Shown piece by piece: positions 19,781-31,031 of a DNA stretch of 64,000 nt (its first letter is position 1; every line of letters starts with the position of its first letter). The translations under genes were made by a program, and so were the position numbers. The stretch is from positions 32,001-96,000 of the IMG/VR virus record IMGVR_UViG_3300028394_002801. One strand, given 5' to 3'. The notes under the pieces are model-generated. The model was not told the origin of the DNA and ran no database searches. It saw nothing but the letters and a program-made list of their open reading frames with translations. The stretch comes from a virus.

Positions 19781-22700
19781 TTATAATCCATATTTCTCTT
19801 TATCTGCGTTATAGTTTTGTAATACTTCAGCATCACTTAATGTTGTGTTGTATAAACGAGTAATGCCAATTCTTCCAGCATAATATTGATTAAGTTCTCC
19901 ACCATTATAACTACCTATGTATAATGGATTAGTTGTATTTAATGTAGTTCCAAAAATATTTGCATTACTTCCCCAAAACGATCCATTTATATATGTTCTA
20001 ATTGTATTAAGTGGGTTGCTAAATACATAAACTAATTGATACCATGTATTAAGTGTTCCATTAAAGTTAGTACCTATAGCAACTCCAGTACTCCCGGGGC
20101 TAAATTGGGCATTATTTCCAGTAGCAGTATTTACCTTAATAGCATAACTCACATCAATATTTGCTCCTCCAGTACGGAATTTTCCAAGTATAACTTTTTG
20201 AGTACCACTACTTGTCTGATAAACCCATGCTTCCATAGTCCAACTTCCACTTCCTGGTTCTAATACTGCATTATCAGCAACACTAATTTGTGATGAAGTT
20301 CCATTATATTCAAAATATGGGTATGTATATGTAATAGCCGACATTTGACCAACTAATCCATTTGGTGATAAATCATTTATTACTGTACTATGTCTATTAT
20401 AAGAATCTAAATTACTTGGGTCAAAGTGTAATACAAGATTGGCTGTTACAGCAGTAATAGCATTAAAAGTAATATTATCACCAGCTTCAGTATTTGCAAA
20501 ATCTAAATCCTCCCAATATAAATAGTTACGATCAGGTACAGTAGGTGTAGGTGTTGGTGTTAGTGTTGGTGTTATTGTTTGAGTTGGTGTTATTGTTGGT
20601 GTTGGTGTTTCTGTTTGAGTTGGTGTTATAGTTTGAGTTGGTGTAATAGTGCTTGTAGGTGTTTCTGTTGGTGTTGGCGTTTCTGTTTGGGTTGGTGTAA
20701 TAGTGCTTGTAGGCGTTTCTGTTTGAGTTGGTGTAATAGTATTAGTTGGTGTTGGTGTTAGTGTTGGTGTTATTGTTTGAGTTGGTGTTATTGTTGGTGT
20801 TGGTGTTTCTGTTTGAGTTGGTGTTTCTGTTTGAGTTGGAGTAATAGTGCTTGTAGGTGTTTCTGTTGGTGTTGGAGTTTCTGTTTGTGTTGGTGTTGGC
20901 GTTTCTGTTTGAGTTGGTGTTTCTGTTGGTGTTGGAGTTTCTGTTTGGGTTGGTGTTATAGTTTGAGTTGGTGTTATAGTTTGAGTTGGTGTTTCTGTTT
21001 GAGTTGGAGTTTCTGTTTGGGTTGGTGTTATAGTTTGAGTTGGTGTTATAGTTTGAGTTGGTGTTTCTGTTGGTGTTGGTGTTTCTGTTGGTGTTGGTGT
21101 TTCTGTTTGGGTTGGTGTTTCTGTTTGGGTTGGTGTTATAGTTTGAGTTGGCGTTTCTGTTGGTGTTGGAGTTTCTGTTTGAGTTGGTGTAATAGTATTA
21201 GTTGGAGTTTCTGTTTGAGTTGGTGTAATAGTATTAGTTGGAGTTTCTGTTGGTGTTGGAGTTTCTGTTTGAGTTGGAGTTTCTGTTGGTGTTGGCGTTT
21301 CTGTTTGAGTTGGTGTAATAGTATTAGTTGGAGTTTCTGTTGGTGTTGGAGTTTCTGTTTGAGTTGGAGTTTCTGTTGGTGTTGGCGTTTCTGTTTGAGT
21401 TGGTGTAATAGTTTGAGTTGGCGTTTCTGTTTGAGTTGGAGTTTCTGTTTGAGTTGGAGTTTCTGTTGGCGTTGGTGTTTCTGTTGGTGTAATAGTGCTG
21501 GTTGGTGTTTCTGTGTTAGTAGGAGTTATAGTTTGAGTTGGTGTTTCTGTTGGTGTTGGCGTTTCTGTTTGAGTTGGTGTAATAGTTTGAGTTGGTGTAA
21601 TAGTTTGAGTTGGTGTTGGAGTTTCTGTTTGAGTTGGTGTAATAGTTTGAGTTGGAGTAATAGTGCTTGTAGGTGTTTCTGTTGGTGTTGGTGTTTCTGT
21701 TTGAGTTGGAGTTTCTGTTTGAGTTGGCGTAATAGTTTGAGTTGGTGTTTTGGTTGGTGTAATAGTGCTGGTTGGTGTAATAGTGCTGGTTGGTGTAATA
21801 GTTTGAGTTGGTGTTTCAGTTGGTGTTGGTGTTTCTGTTTGAGTTGGTGTTATTGTTGGTGTAATAGTGTTTGTAGGTGTTATTGTGTTAGTAGGTGTTA
21901 TTGTGTTAGTAGGTGTTTCTGTTGGTGTTGGCGTTTCTGTTTGGGTTGGAGTTTCTGTTTGAGTTGGAGTAATAGTTTGAGTTGGTGTAATAGTGTTGGT
22001 TGGCGTTTCTGTTGGTGTTGGAGTTTCTGTTTGAGTTGGAGTTTCTGTTGGTGTAATAGTGTTGGTTGGTGTAATAGTGTTGGTTGGTGTAATAGTGTTG
22101 GTAGGAGTAACTGTATTGGTTGGTGTTTCTGTTACTGTTGGTGTAATAGTTTGAGTTGGTGTTTCTGTTTGAGTTGGTGTAATACTGTTAGTAGGAGTTA
22201 TTGTTTGAGTTGGCGATACTGTTGGTGTAATAGTGTTGGTTGGTGTTATAGTGTTGGTTGGTGTGATTGTGTTGGTTGGTGTTTCTGTAACTGTTGGTGT
22301 GATTGTTTTTGTAGGTGTAATTGTCTTGGTAGGCGTAATTGTGTTAGTAGGTGTAATTGTATTGGTTGGTGTTTCTGTTACTGTTGGTGTAATAGTTGGT
22401 GTAATAGTTTTAGTTGGTGTAATAGTTGGTGTAATAGTTGGTGTAATTGACCTAGTTGGAGTAATAGTTGGTGTAATTGTTCTTGTTGGTGTAATAGTGC
22501 TAGTAGGAGTCACAGTTTGAGTTGGCGTTGGTGTTGGTGTTGGATCAACTCCTTCTGGAATAATTAAATCATAAGTTGTAAGGTAACTTGGAATATATAA
22601 ACTATATATTCCACTTATCCTATCTGTTTCAGGTCTTGGCTCAACATCAAAAGGTATAGTCTTCTCACCAAGATTATATGTCACACCATTTTGCAATAAT

Positions 22701-23563
22701 GATACAAATGCTTGCTCTCCATTTAAATTTACACTTGATATTCTTATTCTTATTCTATAAGTCAAATCATTTACTGGAATTGGGTCATTTAATTGTATTT
22801 TTGGTACTGAATTTACCAATTCTGTTTCAAAAACTTGACTAATTCTATTTATTGCAGGTTTAACCTCAAATTCTTTTTCATCAATCAAAAACCCAAGCAT
22901 TGTAAAATCATATGATTGAATATAAAATTTTCTGCTATCTGTGTTAATTTGAGATTCATCTTGAACATTTGTTAATAATATTGGTATATAATGTCCATTT
23001 ATGGTTGTATATGATTGTCTTGATGAGAACTTTTGCAATACTTTTGTATTAAAATTATTCAAATCTCTAATCCTATTTGTGATTATCTTAACACTAAAAT
23101 TAATGTCTATTGGTACTGGTTGTGGAATTGAGTAAATATCTGTGCCATTTCTTTGACCATCCCAAGTTGGCACACTTGCAAAATAAAATGGTTTTCTATC
23201 TGGTATATTATAAAGTGTTGCTGGATTTGATCCATATTTTGTATCATTCATCCTAACCAATGTAACAAATGGTGGGAGCGGATTATTATCTTCATCAATA
23301 AATGTCCATGTTTCTGTATATTGCGACCAGTTCTGTGTGCTAACTATTCTATCTAATGTTTGTATTATTTTTCCTTCTGATGTGATTTCCAAATCATTTT
23401 TAACAAAATCAAGCATCCCCCTATCCAAGTCATCATGTAATAATGATTTTGGCAAATAAGTCCCATCTTTAGTTATATTATCCAATAACTCCTGCCTTCT
23501 TTCAAAGAGGATTTTTTCATTAGCGATATCCAAATCTGTTTTTATATTTTTGGGTAATGGCAT
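19781..23563 (-). CDS. Tail terminator-like domain + ~670 aa Pro/Thr mucin-like stalk + LamG/ConA-like lectin domain
   Basis: N-terminal [12 protein letters not shown]...F gp15-like motif next to the neck gene; (TPTxTx)n; [44 protein letters not shown]. Confidence 0.7.
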   Translation of the reverse strand: MPLPKNIKTDLDIANEKILFERRQELLDNITKDGTYLPKSLLHDDLDRGMLDFVKNDLEITSEGKIIQTLDRIVSTQNWSQYTETWTFIDEDNNPLPPFVTLVRMNDTKYGSNPATLYNIPDRKPFYFASVPTWDGQRNGTDIYSIPQPVPIDINFSVKIITNRIRDLNNFNTKVLQKFSSRQSYTTINGHYIPILLTNVQDESQINTDSRKFYIQSYDFTMLGFLIDEKEFEVKPAINRISQVFETELVNSVPKIQLNDPIPVNDLTYRIRIRISSVNLNGEQAFVSLLQNGVTYNLGEKTIPFDVEPRPETDRISGIYSLYIPSYLTTYDLIIPEGVDPTPTPTPTQTVTPTSTITPTRTITPTITPTRSITPTITPTITPTKTITPTITPTVTETPTNTITPTNTITPTKTITPTKTITPTVTETPTNTITPTNTITPTNTITPTVSPTQTITPTNSITPTQTETPTQTITPTVTETPTNTVTPTNTITPTNTITPTNTITPTETPTQTETPTPTETPTNTITPTQTITPTQTETPTQTETPTPTETPTNTITPTNTITPTNTITPTITPTQTETPTPTETPTQTITPTSTITPTSTITPTKTPTQTITPTQTETPTQTETPTPTETPTSTITPTQTITPTQTETPTPTQTITPTQTITPTQTETPTPTETPTQTITPTNTETPTSTITPTETPTPTETPTQTETPTQTETPTQTITPTQTETPTPTETPTQTETPTPTETPTNTITPTQTETPTPTETPTQTETPTPTETPTNTITPTQTETPTNTITPTQTETPTPTETPTQTITPTQTETPTQTETPTPTETPTPTETPTQTITPTQTITPTQTETPTQTETPTQTITPTQTITPTQTETPTPTETPTQTETPTPTQTETPTPTETPTSTITPTQTETPTQTETPTPTITPTQTITPTLTPTPTNTITPTQTETPTSTITPTQTETPTPTETPTSTITPTQTITPTQTETPTPTITPTQTITPTLTPTPTPTVPDRNYLYWEDLDFANTEAGDNITFNAITAVTANLVLHFDPSNLDSYNRHSTVINDLSPNGLVGQMSAITYTYPYFEYNGTSSQISVADNAVLEPGSGSWTMEAWVYQTSSGTQKVILGKFRTGGANIDVSYAIKVNTATGNNAQFSPGSTGVAIGTNFNGTLNTWYQLVYVFSNPLNTIRTYINGSFWGSNANIFGTTLNTTNPLYIGSYNGGELNQYYAGRIGITRLYNTTLSDAEVLQNYNADKEKYGL
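20540..22545 (-). repeat. Degenerate 18-bp coding tandem repeat (TPT[QNPS]T[EI])
   Basis: Visible gttggtg-periodic DNA. Confidence 0.9.
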
Positions 23564-23564
23564 A

Positions 23565-23738
23565 TTATTTCTTTAATTTAACTTCATTATTATGCCAACA
23601 TTTATGGCATATATAAGGATCATCACCACCTTCTGATAATTTCCAAGACCAACCACAGTTATCACAAATAACTTTCTTTTTTGTTACAATTTCAATAATT
23701 CTATTTAATTGTGTTTCTGTTATATGTAATTTTCTCAT
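23565..23738 (-). CDS. 57-aa zinc-ribbon protein
   Basis: Translated manually: [57 protein letters not shown]; ATGA overlap with the upstream gene. Confidence 0.7.
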   Translation of the reverse strand: MRKLHITETQLNRIIEIVTKKKVICDNCGWSWKLSEGGDDPYICHKCWHNNEVKLKK

Positions 23739-24247
23739 AATCCTCTAAATTCATCTTTATTTACAAATGTTGCAACAACTGACCTATAAAATGGTTTATA
23801 ACCTCCATAAGTGTGTTTATTATCCATATTTACAATTCCATCATCAATAACAGAATAATATCTAACCTTATTTTCTGTAACATAATATCCCAAATAATCA
23901 CCTTTCAATAGTTCAACATTAAGGTCATCAAGTTGTTTTTGGTAAAATGAGAATTTCATATTCCCAGGTTCTTTCTGTTCAACTTTGGAATTTCCAAGTT
24001 GCTTTAGTGTTGATTCGGTAATTTGAACAACACCTTTAACTTCAATGGGTGGCATAAAAACAATTCCATCTTTTGGTGCTTCACCATATATATCATCTTT
24101 TATTGTTCTCTTTCTGTCTATTCTATACAATACAACGCTCATATTTAAGTCATCACCCAGATATTCCATTCCCATTTCAATATCCAGATTAAAATCTTCT
24201 TCTCCAAAAAACTTACCAATCCTTGATATTGGAACTAATTTTCCCAT
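23735..24247 (-). CDS. Head closure / neck protein (T4 gp14-like)
   Basis: VVLYRID...DDIYGE...F.PP.E; upstream of tail terminator. Confidence 0.6.
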   Translation of the reverse strand: MGKLVPISRIGKFFGEEDFNLDIEMGMEYLGDDLNMSVVLYRIDRKRTIKDDIYGEAPKDGIVFMPPIEVKGVVQITESTLKQLGNSKVEQKEPGNMKFSFYQKQLDDLNVELLKGDYLGYYVTENKVRYYSVIDDGIVNMDNKHTYGGYKPFYRSVVATFVNKDEFRGL

Positions 24248-24339
24248 TGTTTTTATTTATAATATATATAAATATATAGGAAGTATTAAATTGATAATTA
24301 GTTTGATTTTTATTATATTTAAAATAATGTAAATTACTT

Positions 24340-27210
24340 ATGGCAAAAAAGAAAATAACAAAAGATGAGGTTTTAGAAATATTGAAATTATATAATGGAA
24401 GTAATAATTATTTGATTAATATTCGTTATCTATATTTAAACAATCCAAATTTTTCATTGACTGATAGTCAGATTGAGTATATTACATCATTTAGTGAAAC
24501 AAAACCAAAGGTTGCAAGAAAATGGGTTGAATTGGATTCTTATTATGCAAAAATGATTGCTGATGATAAGTTATTGGTTAAAATTCCAGAGAAAATGTGG
24601 GTTGAGAAATTATTGGCTGAAAAGGAGAAATCATATCATATTCTTGGTAGATTTTTTGAAAATGATAACTTAAATCTTTATTGGATTCCAAAGGATGCAA
24701 TTGTTGTGGATAAAACAAATAAGAATGTTGTTGTTGATTATGAAAAGTATTCACATAGAATGCCATTTGAACATCAAAAAGAGGCTATTCAAAAGTTGCT
24801 TGAAAATGATAAGTTTATTTTGGCTGATGACATGGGTTTAGGAAAAGGACTTATAAATTCAACACCTATTTATACCCCAACTGGGGTTAAAAAAATATGT
24901 GATTTATCTGTTGGTGATAAAGTAATTGGGTCTAATGGTGAATCTTGTATTGTTACTGGAGTATTCCCCCAACCAAAACAAGAAATATATGAAATTACTT
25001 TTAATGATCATGTTAAAATAAAAACTGATGCTTCACATTTATGGTCAGTATCTTCACCAAATTATAGTAAAAATAGAAAAAATAATAGAATAAAAAAATC
25101 TTTAATTTTATCTACAAAACAAATGTATGAGGGTGGGAAGATAAAAATAAAAGGGAATGGTTATAATAACCAAATGGATTATGAAGTTGAAACTTTTTAT
25201 AAAAGTCCTAATGGTAATAACAAATGGCAAATACCTATTGTGAAACCAATTGAATTTTACAATAATGTAGAGTTACCAATAGACCCTTATTTATTGGGTC
25301 TTTGTTTGGGTGATGGGTATTTTAATAAAAATAATACTTGTGTTATTGGAACACACAAAGATGATTTTGACGAATTGCTTGGGTCTTTTGAACTCAAATC
25401 TATAGGTTTTAATAGAGAACTAAAAGAAGGTAGGATACCTTTTGGTAAAATATTAAATGAACTAGAATTACATAATACTCGCTCACACACCAAATTCATT
25501 CCAGATATATACAAATATTCGTCCATTGAGAACCGCCTTGCTATATTGCAAGGTTTAATGGACACAGATGGTCATTGTATGTTATCCAAAAATGGGTCAT
25601 TTCAGGGGACAGAATTTTCAACAGTTTCTGAAAAATTATGTGATGATGTTGCTGAAATTGTCCATACATTAGGTGGTATTTGTAGAAAACGTTCAAAGCG
25701 TGGTTCATATACTAAAAATGGAGTAAAAGTGGAATGTAGGATTGCATATAGGCTTAATATCAAATTATCTAATGATATGAACCCTTTTAGGTTAAATAGA
25801 AAAGCAACTGCTTATAATCAACCTAAAAAATATTCAGTTGGTAGATATATTAAAAATATTGAGAAAGTGGGGGAAGATTATACAACTTGCATTTCAGTTG
25901 ATGCTGATGATAAATTATATGTTACTGAACATTGCATTGTTACGCATAATACAAGTTCAGCAATTGTTGCTTCAATTGAAGCAAAACCAAGTAAAACTTT
26001 AATTGTTTGCCCAGCAAGTTTAAAACAAAATTGGAAAAGAGAAATTGAAAATTATTCAAACAAAGAAATTTATATTTGTGAGGGAAAAAAATATGAAGAT
26101 TCTGCTGATTATGTAATCATTAATTATGATATCATTAAAAACTTTCATTCATTAAAATCAAAAGAAGAAACAATAATCCAAAAGTCAAAATTTGATTTGG
26201 TTATAATTGATGAATGCCATTATATTAAATCCCCCCAAGCATCGAGAACAAAATTGATAAATGATATTTGCAAAGATATTAATAAAATATGGTTATTGAC
26301 TGGAACGCCATTAACATCAAGACCAATTGATTATTTTAATTTATTATCTTTGGTTGACAGCCCTGTATCAAAAAACTGGATGGCCTATGTTAAAAGATAT
26401 TGTGCAGGATATCAGTTTAATGTTGGAATGAATAAGGTATGGAATGTGAACGGTGCGTCAAATTTGGATGAGTTAAGGGAAAGAACATCCCCATTATTAT
26501 TAAGGCGACTAAAAGAGAATGTATTAGATTTACCAGAAAAAATAATAACACCAATTTATTTGAGATTAAAATCAAAAGAATATGAGGATGTTATGGGGGA
26601 GTATTTTGAATGGGTTAAAAATAATCCAAAAGAATCAAAATCATTGAGCGTTCAATTTACAAAGTTAATGAAGGTTAGACAAATAATTGCGGATGAGAAG
26701 ATTAAGAGTACCATAGAATTTATTGAGAATACATTGGAGCAAGAGAAGAAGATTATTGTTTTCTCAAATTTTACAAACTCATTAAATAAAATATATGAAC
26801 ATTTTAATAAAATTGCGGTTAAATTAGATGGTAGTTCAACAGCAAAACAAAGACATGAGAGTGTTGATGAATTTCAAACAAATGATAAGATAAAGGTTTT
26901 TGTTGGAAACATAAAAGCGGCTGGGGTTGGTATTACATTGACAAGTGCAAATGTTGTTATCTTTAATGATTTATCCTTTGTTCCAGCGGATCATAGTCAA
27001 GCGGAAGATAGGGCATATAGAATTGGACAAAAGAATTCAGTTTCTGTATTATATCCCATATTTGAAAACACCATTGAGGGAATTATATATGATATGTTGG
27101 ATAGAAAGAAAAAGATAATATCAACTATTCTTGGGGATAACTTATTTGAAACTGATACCACAGAAGATATTTTAACCCAGATATTAAATATGAAAATAAA
27201 AACAAAATAA
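24340..27210 (+). CDS. SNF2/SMARCAL1-like helicase with intein
   Basis: LADDMGLGK|T, DECH, LLTGTP, AAGVGITLT, QAEDRAYRIGQ. Confidence 0.92.
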   Translation: MAKKKITKDEVLEILKLYNGSNNYLINIRYLYLNNPNFSLTDSQIEYITSFSETKPKVARKWVELDSYYAKMIADDKLLVKIPEKMWVEKLLAEKEKSYHILGRFFENDNLNLYWIPKDAIVVDKTNKNVVVDYEKYSHRMPFEHQKEAIQKLLENDKFILADDMGLGKGLINSTPIYTPTGVKKICDLSVGDKVIGSNGESCIVTGVFPQPKQEIYEITFNDHVKIKTDASHLWSVSSPNYSKNRKNNRIKKSLILSTKQMYEGGKIKIKGNGYNNQMDYEVETFYKSPNGNNKWQIPIVKPIEFYNNVELPIDPYLLGLCLGDGYFNKNNTCVIGTHKDDFDELLGSFELKSIGFNRELKEGRIPFGKILNELELHNTRSHTKFIPDIYKYSSIENRLAILQGLMDTDGHCMLSKNGSFQGTEFSTVSEKLCDDVAEIVHTLGGICRKRSKRGSYTKNGVKVECRIAYRLNIKLSNDMNPFRLNRKATAYNQPKKYSVGRYIKNIEKVGEDYTTCISVDADDKLYVTEHCIVTHNTSSAIVASIEAKPSKTLIVCPASLKQNWKREIENYSNKEIYICEGKKYEDSADYVIINYDIIKNFHSLKSKEETIIQKSKFDLVIIDECHYIKSPQASRTKLINDICKDINKIWLLTGTPLTSRPIDYFNLLSLVDSPVSKNWMAYVKRYCAGYQFNVGMNKVWNVNGASNLDELRERTSPLLLRRLKENVLDLPEKIITPIYLRLKSKEYEDVMGEYFEWVKNNPKESKSLSVQFTKLMKVRQIIADEKIKSTIEFIENTLEQEKKIIVFSNFTNSLNKIYEHFNKIAVKLDGSSTAKQRHESVDEFQTNDKIKVFVGNIKAAGVGITLTSANVVIFNDLSFVPADHSQAEDRAYRIGQKNSVSVLYPIFENTIEGIIYDMLDRKKKIISTILGDNLFETDTTEDILTQILNMKIKTK
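24847..25950 (+). mobile_element. 368-aa LAGLIDADG intein in Walker A motif, class-3-type
   Basis: Splits GK|T; ends VTHN/T; PYLLGLCLGDG and LQGLMDTDG; W (SHLW), C (TTCISVD), T (VTHN) triplet; first residue Gly. Confidence 0.9.
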
Positions 27211-27212
27211 TA

Positions 27213-27243
27213 TTTGTTTTTTGGTTAAATTATTTTACCTTTG
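27213..27243 (+). promoter_or_regulatory. Bacteroidota primary-sigma promoter
   Basis: TTTG(27213)-N19-TACCTTTG(27236) matches the -33/-7 consensus. Confidence 0.7.
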
Positions 27244-27282
27244 CAGAATATTTATTACTTGAAACAAAAAAAAACAAATAAA

Positions 27283-27513
27283 ATGAAATTACACGTAATT
27301 AAAACCTCGGATTTGCAAAATTTTATTGTTGAGAAGCACAGAGAAATTCTCAATGATATGAATTCATTTGAAAAAAATGGTGCAATACTTGCACAGAAAA
27401 TGGAAAACTTAAATTGTAAAATTGAATTGCTTGAAGATTTTACCAAGTTCATTGGTGAGAATGATGGTAGTTTTGTATTTGATAATGAATTTTTTGAAAA
27501 TGAGTGCCATTAG
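27283..27513 (+). CDS. Hypothetical coiled-coil protein
   Basis: ATG at 27283, downstream of the promoter. Confidence 0.6.
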   Translation: MKLHVIKTSDLQNFIVEKHREILNDMNSFEKNGAILAQKMENLNCKIELLEDFTKFIGENDGSFVFDNEFFENECH

Positions 27514-27519
27514 CACTCA

Positions 27520-27990
27520 TTAAACCATTATGTTTTTATGAACTTTGCAATTTCTTTCCTCTAATTGTGCTTTTATTTCTTTTACTGTATAACGACCTAA
27601 TGGTGAGCCTTTCAACCAAATACTATTTTTAACTTCCATTCCAATAGGAAATTCTTTTATCCCAGTTCTTTGTATAGATAAGGCACCCCCAACATATAGG
27701 TTATCTGGTAAAGATTTTAAATCCCTACAATCATACAAAAGTAAATCATCACCAACTATAAGTTTTTCTGGTAATTCTGTTATTGTTGAAAAACTTAAAT
27801 CTAAGTAGTCAGTGACTTCTAAAATTTTTGGTAATTTAGTTATCAATTCACCATACAACTCTAATGCTCCCTTGTGAAAATACTTTTCAGGTATTGACTC
27901 AATGTCATGCAATAATATCCATTTTAATGATAATTTGTCTTCCTCTGATTTTAGGAAATCCATTATTCTTTTTATTGTTGTTTTATCCAT
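27520..27990 (-). CDS. LRR-like repeat protein 7
   Basis: MDKTT cap; degenerate LPxxLxVxxxLxL repeats. Confidence 0.75.
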   Translation of the reverse strand: MDKTTIKRIMDFLKSEEDKLSLKWILLHDIESIPEKYFHKGALELYGELITKLPKILEVTDYLDLSFSTITELPEKLIVGDDLLLYDCRDLKSLPDNLYVGGALSIQRTGIKEFPIGMEVKNSIWLKGSPLGRYTVKEIKAQLEERNCKVHKNIMV

Positions 27991-28648
27991 TATCTTCTCT
28001 TATTATATCCCCATTTATATAACCATCTGGTTCTATCATACTTAATATGGCTTCATCTGAAATTTTTGCTAATGGGTTATTTTCAATAGATAAATCACCA
28101 TCAACTTGTAAGCCTTTTGGTAATGTGTTTATCATTGTGTGATCTAAATACAAATTCTCCCCAACTTCCAATCCTTCTGGTAATGAGGTTATTTTTGTAT
28201 TGTATAGACTTAAATAGCCACCAACTTTCAAATTGTTAGGTAGTGAAGTCAAGTCTGTACAATAACCCAAATCCAAACCACCATCAACATTTAAGTCTTT
28301 TGGTAATGATTTTATTTTTAAAGCGACTAATTTAAAATCACCACCAACATATAAACCTTTTGGGATTTGTTTTATACTTGTACCTTCCAAATCCAAATCA
28401 CCACCAACATATAAGTTATCTGGTAAATATTTTAAATGTTTACAACTTGATAAATTCAAATTATCCTCCACCTTTAATCCTTCTGGTATGTAAGTTATAT
28501 TTTCTTCAAATAAATCCAAATCACCTTTAATGTTTAATTCATCATCTGTAAATGTTTCATTATTCATTAATTTCCAAACAAATGGTTTATTTTTATTCTC
28601 TTTTTCTTCAAGAAAATCAAATATGTTTTTCAATGTGGTATTATCCAT
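27983..28648 (-). CDS. LRR-like repeat protein 6
   Basis: About 7 LPxGLxVGGxLxL repeats. Confidence 0.8.
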   Translation of the reverse strand: MDNTTLKNIFDFLEEKENKNKPFVWKLMNNETFTDDELNIKGDLDLFEENITYIPEGLKVEDNLNLSSCKHLKYLPDNLYVGGDLDLEGTSIKQIPKGLYVGGDFKLVALKIKSLPKDLNVDGGLDLGYCTDLTSLPNNLKVGGYLSLYNTKITSLPEGLEVGENLYLDHTMINTLPKGLQVDGDLSIENNPLAKISDEAILSMIEPDGYINGDIIREDNG

Positions 28649-28650
28649 TA

Positions 28651-29178
28651 TTATCTTATTATATTTCCTTTTATAAATCCTGGCTCAATCATTTTTCTTA
28701 ATTGATCATTTGAATATATTATTAATTCTGTTCCTCTTATATTCAAATCACCACCAACTTTCAATCCTTTTGATAATGATTTTAAATTTTTGCACATTAT
28801 TAAATATAAATTCCTGCCAACATATAATCCTTCTGGTAATGATGTTATTTTTGTATAATCTAAATGCAAATCCTCCCCAACTTTCAATCCTTCTGGTAAT
28901 GAGGTTATTTTTGAAAATGATAAATCCAAACTCCCCCCAACTTTCAATTCTTCTGGTAATGAGGCTATTTTTGAATACTCTAAAATCAAATTACCCCAAA
29001 CTTTTAAACCTTCTGGTAATGAAGTTATTTTTGAATTTCTTAAATATAAATTGCCTTCAAAATTCAAATCTTCTTTTGTTAATGGAATATTATTTGATGC
29101 TTTCCAAATAAAAGGTATTTTATGTTCTCCTTTTTCTTCAAGAAAATCTAATATGTTTTTCAATGTGGTATTATCCAT
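28651..29178 (-). CDS. LRR-like repeat protein 5
   Basis: About 5 repeats. Confidence 0.8.
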   Translation of the reverse strand: MDNTTLKNILDFLEEKGEHKIPFIWKASNNIPLTKEDLNFEGNLYLRNSKITSLPEGLKVWGNLILEYSKIASLPEELKVGGSLDLSFSKITSLPEGLKVGEDLHLDYTKITSLPEGLYVGRNLYLIMCKNLKSLSKGLKVGGDLNIRGTELIIYSNDQLRKMIEPGFIKGNIIR

Positions 29179-29180
29179 TA

Positions 29181-29600
29181 TTATCTTATTATATCTCCTT
29201 TTATAAATCCTGGATCAATCATTTCTCTTAATTGTTCATCTGAATATTTTGTTAAGGCTGTACCTTCAATCTGTAAGTCATCCCCAACTTCTAACCCTTT
29301 TGGTAATGAGGTCACACTTGAATGATTCAAACTCAAAATACCTCCAACTTTCAATCCTTCTGGTAAAGATGTTAAATGTTTACACATAAATAAATATAAA
29401 AACCCACCAACTTTCAATCCTTTTGGTAAGGATGTAATTTTTGTAAATGATAAATGCAAATTACCTTTTTGATTTAACTCTTCTTTTGTTAAGGGGTATC
29501 CAAATCTTAATTTCCAAACAAGATTATCTCTTTCTGAATGTTTTTTGTTTTCTTTTTCTTCAAGAAAATCTAATATTTTTTTTATTGTGTTATTATCCAT
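29181..29600 (-). CDS. LRR-like repeat protein 4
   Basis: About 3 repeats. Confidence 0.8.
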   Translation of the reverse strand: MDNNTIKKILDFLEEKENKKHSERDNLVWKLRFGYPLTKEELNQKGNLHLSFTKITSLPKGLKVGGFLYLFMCKHLTSLPEGLKVGGILSLNHSSVTSLPKGLEVGDDLQIEGTALTKYSDEQLREMIDPGFIKGDIIR

Positions 29601-30247
29601 TATAATCTTATTATACTACGTGTTATAAATCCTGGCTCAATCATTTTCATTAATTTCTCATCTGAATATCTTGTTAATCGAGTCTGACTTATTTGCAAAG
29701 TACCTCCAACTTTTAATCCTTTTGGTAATGTCTTTATGGTGCTGAAAGACAAATATATACTACCACCAACTTCCAATCCTTCTGGTAATGATTTTATTTT
29801 TGTACCAAACAAACTCAACTGACCTTTAACTTGTAATCCATTTGGTAATGATGTTATTTTGGTATTACTCAAATCCAAACTACCTTTAACTTTCAATCCT
29901 TCTGGTAATGCCTTTATGAGGCTGTCATTCAAAAATATACTACCACCAACTTCCAATCCTTTTGGTAATGATGTTATTTTGGTACCACTCAAATTCAAAC
30001 TACCTTTAACTTTCAATCCTTCTGGTAATGAGGCTATTTCTGAATCCTCTAAAATCAAATCACCCCAAACTTTTAATCCTTCTGGTAATGAGGTTATATT
30101 TGAATGCCTTAAATCCAAATTACCATTAACATTTAAGTCTTCTTCTGTTAATGGTATATTATTTGATACTTTCCACATAAAAGGCGTTCTATGTTCTCCT
30201 TTATCTTCAAGGAATTTAAATATGTTTTTTAGTGTTGTATTATCCAT
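29600..30247 (-). CDS. LRR-like repeat protein 3
   Basis: About 7 repeats. Confidence 0.8.
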   Translation of the reverse strand: MDNTTLKNIFKFLEDKGEHRTPFMWKVSNNIPLTEEDLNVNGNLDLRHSNITSLPEGLKVWGDLILEDSEIASLPEGLKVKGSLNLSGTKITSLPKGLEVGGSIFLNDSLIKALPEGLKVKGSLDLSNTKITSLPNGLQVKGQLSLFGTKIKSLPEGLEVGGSIYLSFSTIKTLPKGLKVGGTLQISQTRLTRYSDEKLMKMIEPGFITRSIIRL

Positions 30248-30248
30248 A

Positions 30249-31031
30249 CTAATATTTTCTCATTATATCTCCGTTTATAAATCCTGGCTTAATCATTTCT
30301 CTTATTTCATCATCTGAATAATCCTCAATAGAAGACATAGATATATATAAATCCCCACCAACTTTTAATCCTTTTGGTAATGATGTTAAACTTTCGCAAT
30401 CCATTAAATTCAACCGACCCTTAACTTCCAATCCTTCTGGTAATGAGGTTATATTTGTTTTTGACAAAGTAAAATTAAGCCCAACCTTCAAACCTTGTGG
30501 TAATGATTGTATATTCTTACAATTGAGTAAAGATAAATGACCTCCAACTTTCAATCCTTCTGGTAATGAGGTTAATTTTTGACAAGCAGATAAATCTAAA
30601 TTGCCACCAATTTTTAATCCTTTTGGTAATGATTTTATTTGAGAAGCAAACAAATTCAAATCACCTGTAATACTAAATCCTTCTGGTAATGAGGTTATTT
30701 TTGAATTTGATAAATCCAATTCGCCACTAACTTTCAACCCTTTGGGTAATGAGGTTATTTCAGTTTTTCTTAAACTCAACCAACCCCTAACATTTAACCC
30801 TTCTGGTAGTGATTTTATTTTTGTATTAGACAAAGCCAAGTCGCCATTAATTTTCAATAATCCTTCTGGTAATGACATAATATTTGTATGTGATAAGTCA
30901 AAAGTACCTTTACCATTAAAATCATCAACTGTTAATGGTATATTATTTAATACTTTCCATTTAATTGGTATTTTATGTTCTCCTTTATCTTCAATGAATT
31001 TAAATATGTTTTTTAGTGTGTTATTATCCAT
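30249..31031 (-). CDS. LRR-like repeat protein 2
   Basis: About 9 repeats. Confidence 0.8.
   Translation of the reverse strand: MDNNTLKNIFKFIEDKGEHKIPIKWKVLNNIPLTVDDFNGKGTFDLSHTNIMSLPEGLLKINGDLALSNTKIKSLPEGLNVRGWLSLRKTEITSLPKGLKVSGELDLSNSKITSLPEGFSITGDLNLFASQIKSLPKGLKIGGNLDLSACQKLTSLPEGLKVGGHLSLLNCKNIQSLPQGLKVGLNFTLSKTNITSLPEGLEVKGRLNLMDCESLTSLPKGLKVGGDLYISMSSIEDYSDDEIREMIKPGFINGDIMRKY

Noticed and set aside
20579-22520. Long + strand Cys/Trp- and Val/Gly-rich ORFs
   Set aside because: Antisense shadows of the Pro/Thr coding repeat
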